Assembly (NCBI GenBank): GCA_021463465.1
Contig: JAJTYH010000003.1
Span: 351,942 to 415,941, forward strand
DNA from: a bacterium
Lineage (GTDB): Bacteria; Patescibacteriota; Dojkabacteria; SC72
Direction: 5' to 3'
Length of the DNA: 64,000 nt
The position numbers were made by a program, and so were the translations under genes. The notes beneath the pieces were generated by a model that ran no database searches, had not been told where the DNA came from, and saw only the letters and a program-made list of their open reading frames with translations. Positions 56,744-64,000 of this stretch are shown here, piece by piece (the first letter of the stretch is position 1; every line of letters begins with the position of its first letter).

Positions 56744-57464
56744 ATTTAAGAATGTACAAGTTATATTTACGTACAAGAATAGCAGAAATTACCCCTATCA
56801 GCAAAATAATTAACAATGGGAACAATGAGTCACCTGTCTGTGGCAGACCTTCTTGAGCAATTCCACCAATATTCTCAGCGCCAGGGGTAGGGGTAGCGTA
56901 GACTAGAAAGTCTGTATAAGAGTTGTTGGTATCTGTGAACTCATGGCGTCCAAGGCTTTCACCAGATGCACCGACTATTGCAGTCTGATTGTCTGGCACC
57001 ATATTGTTGCCGAAGTCCCAAAGAGAGTTAGAATTAGGTTGATCGTAAAAGATCTGGTCCACGTGCACTCCTTCTGTTGTCACAATAGAAATTGCGTCGG
57101 TAGCGGTCCCACCGTTTTGTAATCCGAGCCTAGGTGTAGGCATATTGCAATTGGGGACGCCTACATCGCAGATTAAAAAGTATGAATGTGCCGGGATAGT
57201 TGCTGAAAAGGTTAACTGCTCTTGGAAGGTTGTACCAGCAATGAGAATCTTCCAATTGTTTAATACAACAGTGTTGGCAGAAACATTGAATAATTCAATC
57301 CATTCCTTGCCAGTATCTTCTCCTTCAGGGTCAAAAAGTACTTCATTGATAATCACAGGGTTAGGAGTCTCGCCAGCCAGGACACTTTGGTCTAGCCAAA
57401 TAAGGCTAAACAAAAGTAGAAGTAAAATAAAAATAGGTTTAAAAGGTTTTAAAAAGTTTTTCAT
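56736..57464 (-). CDS. Lamin-tail-domain surface protein with LPQTG sorting signal
   Basis: Signal peptide, IINEV.FDP.G.D...EWIELFN, L.NGG, S.GR, PTPG..N, then GLPQTG + TM + basic tail. Confidence 0.85.
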   Translation of the reverse strand: MKNFLKPFKPIFILLLLLFSLIWLDQSVLAGETPNPVIINEVLFDPEGEDTGKEWIELFNVSANTVVLNNWKILIAGTTFQEQLTFSATIPAHSYFLICDVGVPNCNMPTPRLGLQNGGTATDAISIVTTEGVHVDQIFYDQPNSNSLWDFGNNMVPDNQTAIVGASGESLGRHEFTDTNNSYTDFLVYATPTPGAENIGGIAQEGLPQTGDSLFPLLIILLIGVISAILVRKYNLYILKYG

Positions 57465-57502
57465 ACTCAATTATCAAACGTGAGTATGAAAAGAGTCTGA
57501 AT

Positions 57503-58786
57503 TTAACGCAGGTGGAGATACATAGAGGTTAAACCATTGCCGTAATCGACTATAACAGCCTTACCGCCGCAAGCATCTGTGAACACCTTACTGACTTTAC
57601 CGTTACGAATAGCTCTAAGAGGGGCTCCTTCTCCGTTAAGATTGTAATAGCCTGCGGGAACTCTATAACCGTAGCAACTAACTCCTTTAGTGTAATATTT
57701 ATCTCCTCGTTGATACAAATAGTCGCTACCACTTACCATATCGATGGCCGAGTATCCGCTGTGAGGGAATTGAGTGATGATGGCATTGTCTTCAGGAAAT
57801 CGGGATGAACCGCTGCCATTTGACCAGACAAAATGTCCTGAAGAATAAGGATTGATTACAGCACCGTTCTTTCGAAGTTCAAAGTGTAGGTGTGAACCGA
57901 AAGCTAAACCTGTGTGACCCTGAAACCCAACGATATCACCTTTATTAACAGGTGTATTTGTAGGTAGTTGACCCTTACTATACAGATTGAAGATAAGGTT
58001 GCTGATTTGCGCCGTGATCTTGTCTTCCTGCTTTTTGAGGGTAGCTAATTTAGCGTTGTAGTCAGCCTCTTTTTGTTGTGATAATGAGAGAAGGTATGAT
58101 TTCTCGTCTCGTTGTTTAGTAAGACTCTCTTTTTCGGCAAAAAGTTCCGTCTTATCCTCTTCTACCTCATTTCGTTTCATTTCAACTGAAACTTTTTTTT
58201 CTGCTAAAACGGTCTCCTCCTGTTTCAAAATCTCTGCCTTTTGTGAAAGTTCTTCTAGTAGTTCTTTATCCTTCTTTCGAGTTTCAACAAGATATTTGAA
58301 CCTTCGTAGCAGCGATTCGAAATTAGAAGATTCTAAGAAGATTTCAAGGGGCGTAATGAAAGAGTATTTATAAGTTAGGGACATTCGCTTTTGGATGGCG
58401 CTATCGAGTTTATGCACCTCTTGCGAAACCGTATCAATATTATTTTGAAGCTCTACTATATATCTTCCTAAGATTCTGATTTCCACGTTCTTGGTTTCGA
58501 TTTCGAGCTCGAGTTTTTTGATTTGGGCTTCAGAAGATGCAATTTGTGAATCGATGTAATTGATTTTCTCATGAAGTGAGAGCTGATTGTACTGTTCAAT
58601 ACCTATCTTACTGTTTAAATTTGATTTCTGATTCTGTAGAGCTTGTGACTGCTGTTGTAGGTATGCTAGGCACTGTGCATCGGACATATGTGACGGGCAT
58701 GTAGTATCCACAGCCATTACAGGAAAAACTAGCAAGTTGGTTAACACTACAATTAATGTTGTAAAGACATTTATGAAGATTTTCAT
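57503..58786 (-). CDS. Coiled-coil + M23/LytM peptidoglycan hydrolase or activator (EnvC/CwlO position), circularly permuted domain
   Basis: Signal peptide, long coiled coil with LESSNFESLLRR, then GHTG...HLHFE before ITQ...AID...GAP...MYLHL at the C-terminus. Confidence 0.85.
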   Translation of the reverse strand: MKIFINVFTTLIVVLTNLLVFPVMAVDTTCPSHMSDAQCLAYLQQQSQALQNQKSNLNSKIGIEQYNQLSLHEKINYIDSQIASSEAQIKKLELEIETKNVEIRILGRYIVELQNNIDTVSQEVHKLDSAIQKRMSLTYKYSFITPLEIFLESSNFESLLRRFKYLVETRKKDKELLEELSQKAEILKQEETVLAEKKVSVEMKRNEVEEDKTELFAEKESLTKQRDEKSYLLSLSQQKEADYNAKLATLKKQEDKITAQISNLIFNLYSKGQLPTNTPVNKGDIVGFQGHTGLAFGSHLHFELRKNGAVINPYSSGHFVWSNGSGSSRFPEDNAIITQFPHSGYSAIDMVSGSDYLYQRGDKYYTKGVSCYGYRVPAGYYNLNGEGAPLRAIRNGKVSKVFTDACGGKAVIVDYGNGLTSMYLHLR

Positions 58787-59725
58787 CTATTTCTGCTTAA
58801 GTTCTAAATATCGCAGTACCGCTATGTAACTACTTATGACTCCAAAAATGAGTCCAGAAGCCATTAGGACGGCGTAAAAGATTAAAGTAAATTTCAAATC
58901 GAACGAGGAGAGGAAGCCAAGCGACAGCTCATTTAAAAGTGACGAAATCCAGAAGTGGAAGTCACTGCCTGATGAAACATGCATTACGGTATACCATGGG
59001 AAGAGAATTAATGACGAGGCTAAAAAAGAACCGGTAAGACCGTAAATAGCTCCCTCTATCAGAAATGGTACTTTTATGAACGGTGCTGGACTTCCAACAA
59101 GATCCATAATCTCTATTTCATCTTTGTGAGCCAAGATATTAAATCCAATTCCAATCATAATGAGTGCAAAAGTGATACCTCCAAGTCCCAAAATCAAGGC
59201 CGCAACCCCAATATTAAACCCTTTTGAGAGAGCTGAAAGTATTGAAAGTACATCCCTGAAGTACATCACATCATCAATATAGGCATTTTTCTCACGTTCT
59301 TCGTTTATGGTCTTAACCACCGTTTCCAAATCTTGTGCAGACTTAGCACGAATTCCAAGGCTTGGTGGAAGAGTATCTGTAGAGAGTGTGTCTACCAAAT
59401 CGGGATCATTTATGAAATCAGCTTTATACTGTTCTAAAGCCTTTTCTTTTGAAATGTATTCAATGTTATCAACAGTACTGGTATCGTTGATTTTATCCCT
59501 GAATTTGAAGATTTCCTCTTCAGGAGTTTCTTGCTTGAAGAACACAATCACTTGAGCTTTCTTTTCATAGTATTTAACTGCCTTTTGCGCAATTATTCCG
59601 GTGCCAATAAAAAAGGCAGAGAGTGTGAAGACAATCGATACCACAAGAATCGTGGAGATTGAAAGCCATCGGTTTCGTGTGATGTTATCTTTAGTTGTTT
59701 TAAGTAATCTTGAAAATGTTTCCAT
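58787..59725 (-). CDS. ftsX: Cell-division permease FtsX
   Basis: Four TMs, YISKEKAL, LPPS, EIEIM.LVG...FIK.PF.IEG. Confidence 0.92.
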   Translation of the reverse strand: METFSRLLKTTKDNITRNRWLSISTILVVSIVFTLSAFFIGTGIIAQKAVKYYEKKAQVIVFFKQETPEEEIFKFRDKINDTSTVDNIEYISKEKALEQYKADFINDPDLVDTLSTDTLPPSLGIRAKSAQDLETVVKTINEEREKNAYIDDVMYFRDVLSILSALSKGFNIGVAALILGLGGITFALIMIGIGFNILAHKDEIEIMDLVGSPAPFIKVPFLIEGAIYGLTGSFLASSLILFPWYTVMHVSSGSDFHFWISSLLNELSLGFLSSFDLKFTLIFYAVLMASGLIFGVISSYIAVLRYLELKQK

Positions 59726-60591
59726 TATTTATGGGCAATTAAATAATTCTGAATTTTCTCATTTAGCATCTTCAGTTGATGATCGGTAAGGCCTACCTTC
59801 TCCAAACTGTCTTCAGATTGTGAGAGTAATTCTTCTAAGCTATCTATACCATGCATTCTCAGTTTCTTGCGTACGGGTCTTTCAATCTGCGCAAACAATG
59901 AATTGTGGGCACTTTTAGATTTCTCTTTCTTGCCTTCATCCTTGAGAATTTTACCTTCTTTCAATGTAATTGTTCGAGTCTTAAGGTTGCTGGTTAAGGT
60001 AGGGTCATGGGTAATAACAATAACGGTAGTTCCCCAGTTATTGATGGCCTTAAGTATTTCTAATATCTCAAAAGAGGTGTCAGTATCCAAGTTACCTGTG
60101 GGTTCGTCTGCAACTACCAGTTTGGGGTCATTAGCTAAGGCTCTGGCGATTGCCACTTTCTGACGCTCACCTCCTGATAGCTCATGTGGAAATAGGTGAG
60201 AACGGCCTTTAAGGTTCACCACGTCCATCAAATATTGAGTGGTTTCTGAGACCTCTTTTTCAGACTTACCTGCAATTTCCAAAGCGAACTCGATGTTTTC
60301 GAGTACTGTTTTGGTGGGGATTAGTTTCAAGTCTTGAAAAACGATTCCCAGCTTCTGGCGGTAAATCGAAAGTAGTTTATTTGGAATTGTAGGTACTTCT
60401 ACGTCTTCAAAAAAGATTGTCCCATTACTTGGTAATTCTTGTCTGACCAAGAGTCTGATTAAAGTTGACTTACCGGCTCCTGATGGACCAATGATAAAAG
60501 TAAACTCACCCTCATCAATCTGAAAGGATATGTTACTCAACGCCACGATATTTCCAGGATATACTTTTTTTACGTCAATGTATCTAATCAT
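59725..60591 (-). CDS. ftsE: Cell-division ATPase FtsE with C-terminal extension
   Basis: GPSGAGKST, GIVFQD.KL, FP.ELSGGE.Q, ADEPTGNLD; about 65 extra C-terminal residues. Confidence 0.92.
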   Translation of the reverse strand: MIRYIDVKKVYPGNIVALSNISFQIDEGEFTFIIGPSGAGKSTLIRLLVRQELPSNGTIFFEDVEVPTIPNKLLSIYRQKLGIVFQDLKLIPTKTVLENIEFALEIAGKSEKEVSETTQYLMDVVNLKGRSHLFPHELSGGERQKVAIARALANDPKLVVADEPTGNLDTDTSFEILEILKAINNWGTTVIVITHDPTLTSNLKTRTITLKEGKILKDEGKKEKSKSAHNSLFAQIERPVRKKLRMHGIDSLEELLSQSEDSLEKVGLTDHQLKMLNEKIQNYLIAHK

Positions 60592-60606
60592 GACAGTCCT
60601 TATATA

Positions 60607-61689
60607 CTACCCGATTCTGATCTGGGCGTCTATAAATGGTTCGAGGTTACCATCAAGGACCTCAGTGGGGTTGCTAGATTCCACATCTGTTCTTAAGTCT
60701 TTAACAAGTTTGTAGGGGTGGAGAACATAATTGCGGATTTGATTGCCCCAACCAGCAATTTTATGTTCGCCTTTGATGCTTTTAAGCTCCTGTTCACGTT
60801 TGGCTTCTTCGATCTGCCACAATTTTGCCTTTAAAATCTGCATTGCGGCTTGCCGGTTCTGAAATTGGTCTCTGCGCTCCGTCGAATGGACAGTTATGCC
60901 TGTAGGCAAATGTTTAATCTGTACAGCTGATGAGGTTTTATTCACTTTTTGTCCTCCGGCACCACCAGCTCTGACAGCCTTAAATTCTATATCTTCATCT
61001 TTAATTAAAATGTCACTATCTTGATCGGTTATAAGTGGTATGACTTCCACGCCAGCAAAAGAAGTCTGGCGCAAATTCTGAGCATTAAAAGGGGAGATTC
61101 TAACTAGTCTGTGTGTACCAGCTTCGCGTTTAAGCCTGCCAAATGCGTATGGTCCTTCAATTTCTAATGTAGCACTGCTGATACCAGTTTCAGTACCAGA
61201 GACCATATGTATGATTTCTGCCTTAAAGCCTTCTCGTTCTGCAAATCGGGTGTACATACGAAGTAGCATTGAAGTCCAATCATTAGCTTCAGTTCCTCCT
61301 TGTCCCGCGTGAAGGGTGAGAATCGCTCCGGCTTTATCGTATTTCCCTGACATGAATTTTAATGTTTGAAATCCTAATAATTTCTGTTCAATGTTTCCTA
61401 TATCTTCACGTAGACTCTCGTACTGGTCTTCATCGCTTTGGTTGAAAAGTTCTAGTATAGCTTGGATATCTGATTGTAGTGAATTAGCCGTTTCGATTTC
61501 ATTCTTAAGTTGTTCAATATCGCTCATTATCTGTTTGGCGACGTTTTGATCTTGCCAGAAATCCGGTTCCAAAGCTTTGGTTTCCAGCTCTCCTAATCGT
61601 TGTTGCTTGTTCTTAAGATCTAAAGTTTCAACCGTCTGCTCGATTTCAGCTTGAAGGCTTTCAAGGTTGCTTTTACTTATAATTTCCAT
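60607..61689 (-). CDS. prfB: Peptide chain release factor 2, uninterrupted ORF
   Basis: GGTEA.DW, E.G.HRLVRISPF, GAGGQ.VN, WGNQIR.YV.HPY. Confidence 0.97.
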   Translation of the reverse strand: MEIISKSNLESLQAEIEQTVETLDLKNKQQRLGELETKALEPDFWQDQNVAKQIMSDIEQLKNEIETANSLQSDIQAILELFNQSDEDQYESLREDIGNIEQKLLGFQTLKFMSGKYDKAGAILTLHAGQGGTEANDWTSMLLRMYTRFAEREGFKAEIIHMVSGTETGISSATLEIEGPYAFGRLKREAGTHRLVRISPFNAQNLRQTSFAGVEVIPLITDQDSDILIKDEDIEFKAVRAGGAGGQKVNKTSSAVQIKHLPTGITVHSTERRDQFQNRQAAMQILKAKLWQIEEAKREQELKSIKGEHKIAGWGNQIRNYVLHPYKLVKDLRTDVESSNPTEVLDGNLEPFIDAQIRIG

Positions 61690-61735
61690 ATTCTGGTATT
61701 ATACTTATATTGTATGAATTGTAAAAATACTCTCG

Positions 61736-63394
61736 GTGTCTATCTTTGATTTCTTTTTTGAGAAAAATCAGAAAACCCCTGTATCTCAGACGCCTTATGA
61801 CTTAAAGTCTCGTTTGGTTACATTAATTATTTTGGATGGTTTTGGAGTACATCCTGACCCATTGGGAAACTCAGTGCTTCAAGCCAAAACACCGTTTCTG
61901 GATAAAGCATGGACTTATGGAACCTCTACATTACTGCACGCCTCGGGAACGCATGTTGGTCTACCACCTGAAGAACCTGGGAATTCGGAGGTAGGGCATC
62001 TTAATATTGGAACAGGTCAGGTAGTCTACCAATCTTTGCCTCGAATTAACGATGCTATCGCGTCAGGTGATTTTGCCGAGATTGAAGAGGTGAGACTGGC
62101 CTTTGAAGAGGCGCAGAATCGTAAGGTAAATGTCCATCTCATGGGTATTTTGACTACAGCTGGTGTTCACGGTCATATTGATCACCTTTATGCTTTGATG
62201 GATGTAGCGAAGAGCTACGGAATAAGCCCTTTTTTACATTTGATGATGGATGGGCGGGATACTCCAGCTACTGATGGTTATTTCTTCCTTTCCAAGCTTG
62301 TACAAAAGATTAAAGAAACCCATTCGGGAAAGATTGCAAGTGTTATGGGAAGAATTTACGGTATGGATCGGGATAATCGTTCTGAAAGAACCGAAAAAGC
62401 ATATAACGCTATGGTTGGTTTGGGTGAGCGCAAATCTAACGATGTGTTTGCGCTAATCCAAGAGTGTTACAAGAATAATGAGACCGATCAGTTCATAATC
62501 CCTACAACTATAGTTGATGCAGAAAATAATGCGGTTGGTCCTATTAAAGATAACGATATTGTAATTTTTTTTAACTTTCGAGAAGATCGTGCGCGACAAA
62601 TTACTAAAGCTTTTGTAATACAAGATTTCGATAGTTTTAAAAGGTTGAATTATCCTCAAAATCTCTACTTTGTAACAATGACCGGTTATTCAGAAGATCT
62701 TCAGACACACGTTATTTTCCCACCTAAGAAGGTTTATGACACACTGTCATCCACAATTTCGAGCGCTGGGCTACGACAGCTGCATATCTCGGAGACAGAA
62801 AAGTTTATGCACATCAGCTATTTCTTTAATGGTGGAATTGAAAAACCACATCCAGGAGAGGATTTCTTTAATGTGCCTTCTCCTAAAGTATTTGATTACG
62901 CACAGGTACCTGAGATGAGTTCTTACATCATTCGTGATGAGGTGTTGTATCGACTTGATCATATCAATGAGAAACCTTACTCTTTTATTGTCATCAATTT
63001 TGCTAACCCAGATATGATTGGTCATACTGGAAATCTTGATGCTGCTGTTCGAGCATGCGAGGTTGCAGATGAGTGTGCAAGAGATATTGTTAAAAAAACC
63101 GTAGAAAAAAATGGGGTGGCTATAATCATTGCTGATCATGGTAATTGTGAGACAATGATTGATCGTATCACTAAAAAGCCTGATACGATGCACACTAATA
63201 ACCCCATTCCTTTTATTTTAGTATCTGATTTACGCCAAATAAGTGAGAGTAAGGTGGAAGCGATCAAGATAGGGACGGGTAAGCGTGCAACTTCAACAGG
63301 TATTTTGGCAGATGTCGCACCTACAATCCTATCTATTCTTGGTTTGAAGGCTGGCAATGATATGACAGGTGTTAATTTGTTGGAAGTAATTTAA
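61736..63394 (+). CDS. gpmI: 2,3-bisphosphoglycerate-independent phosphoglycerate mutase
   Basis: ILDGFG, GNSEVGH.N.G, DGRD, MDRD.R, NFREDRARQ, ETEK, NPDM.GHTG, ADHGN.E. Confidence 0.97.
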   Translation: MSIFDFFFEKNQKTPVSQTPYDLKSRLVTLIILDGFGVHPDPLGNSVLQAKTPFLDKAWTYGTSTLLHASGTHVGLPPEEPGNSEVGHLNIGTGQVVYQSLPRINDAIASGDFAEIEEVRLAFEEAQNRKVNVHLMGILTTAGVHGHIDHLYALMDVAKSYGISPFLHLMMDGRDTPATDGYFFLSKLVQKIKETHSGKIASVMGRIYGMDRDNRSERTEKAYNAMVGLGERKSNDVFALIQECYKNNETDQFIIPTTIVDAENNAVGPIKDNDIVIFFNFREDRARQITKAFVIQDFDSFKRLNYPQNLYFVTMTGYSEDLQTHVIFPPKKVYDTLSSTISSAGLRQLHISETEKFMHISYFFNGGIEKPHPGEDFFNVPSPKVFDYAQVPEMSSYIIRDEVLYRLDHINEKPYSFIVINFANPDMIGHTGNLDAAVRACEVADECARDIVKKTVEKNGVAIIIADHGNCETMIDRITKKPDTMHTNNPIPFILVSDLRQISESKVEAIKIGTGKRATSTGILADVAPTILSILGLKAGNDMTGVNLLEVI

Positions 63395-63405
63395 GGATAT
63401 TCATA

Positions 63406-64000
63406 ATGAAAGGCTTTTATCCAGCCACAACGCCATTAATCATGCATAAAGGGAATGCGGAAAATGTTTACCGACTTGATTGTCTTGATCATTGTATTAG
63501 ATTTATGAAAAGATGGAAGTCCAACTTTGAAGTTGTCGATATCAAATATAATGGAAGGAGTCGGAGTGAATCCATCGAATTGGTCAAGACTGTTCATAAT
63601 GCTAATTTCATTTCATGCTTTCAATCTGGTACCCCAAAGGAGTTCTTTGATTCAATGGGTATTCAGTGGCAGCCTAAACTCTTTGACTTCGTTATGGAAC
63701 AATCGATAACCTCTAAGGAAGTTGTCGATGAAGTTATGTTATATGACAGGGCAGTTGCAATCACTGGTGGGGGACATCACTCTGAAACGGATAAACCTTA
63801 TGGGTTCGGTCCCATTAACACTATGTCTATCTCAGCGATTGAAGCATTGAAGCGTAAACTTAAGGTTGCCGTTATTGATTTAGATACTCATTACAGCAAT
63901 GGGTGTATGGAGATTTTGAAGGGTAGGGATGGAGTAAAATTTTATAGCTTGTGGAATCAGAAATTGGATAAATGGTCAGTAACCGAATCGGGTGGAAATA
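63406..64000 (+). CDS. Histone deacetylase-family (Zn-dependent acyl/amide hydrolase), runs off the window end
   Basis: Manual translation: MKGFYP...ENVYRL...VH...GGGHHSE...GFGPIN...VAVIDLDTHYSNG. Confidence 0.85.
   Translation, partial: MKGFYPATTPLIMHKGNAENVYRLDCLDHCIRFMKRWKSNFEVVDIKYNGRSRSESIELVKTVHNANFISCFQSGTPKEFFDSMGIQWQPKLFDFVMEQSITSKEVVDEVMLYDRAVAITGGGHHSETDKPYGFGPINTMSISAIEALKRKLKVAVIDLDTHYSNGCMEILKGRDGVKFYSLWNQKLDKWSVTESGGN

Noticed and set aside
63527-63709. 60-aa ORF in the track
   Set aside because: Out-of-frame overlap with the deacetylase-family gene starting at 63406.
1-64000. CRISPR array, cas genes, rRNA, reverse transcriptase/DGR/retron, intact transposase or prophage
   Set aside because: No regularly spaced direct repeats and no matching protein motifs seen by eye.
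1-64000. Stop-codon reassignment (TGA read as Gly or Trp)
   Set aside because: Conserved genes are uninterrupted, and several (recJ, the epimerase, the Erm-like gene, umuC) end at TGA at the expected length.

Overview
AT-rich, gene-dense bacterial chromosome segment using the standard code (TGA is a stop). Gene content and style (CCA-less tRNA genes, many apparently leaderless genes, interspersed orphan ORFs, a DUF11/VWA giant surface protein plus sortase) suggest a Patescibacteria/CPR organism; this is an inference. Housekeeping genes: recA-recX-recJ, aspS, gltX with tRNA-Gln(CTG), ung, pepF, ileS, carD, umuDC, hpf, prfB, ftsE-ftsX-M23, gpmI and tRNA-Asn(GTT). Also present are a wzm/wzt polysaccharide export cluster, an Erm-like rRNA methyltransferase, an NYN nuclease and a surface locus (degenerate sortase, GT2 synthase, GH26-like protein, 2644-aa adhesin, sortase). 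The most notable observations: (1) the adhesin looks like a two-protein polyprotein, with an internal LPNTG sorting signal followed by a second signal peptide; (2) three intergenic short structured RNA candidates each sit behind a near-consensus sigma70 promoter, one pointing back at the NYN nuclease gene; (3) the ileS T-box has an actinobacterial-type ultrashort stem I but a transcription terminator, and IleRS has the GxHH motif; (4) carD has no canonical start codon, with ATA at the leaderless position; (5) UmuD lacks its catalytic dyad and cleavage site; (6) the M23 domain after ftsEX is circularly permuted; (7) AspRS is fused to a YbaK-type domain; (8) a decayed serine-recombinase/att remnant lies near tRNA-Asn. 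No CRISPR array, rRNA or intact mobile element was seen. All calls are by eye, without database searches.
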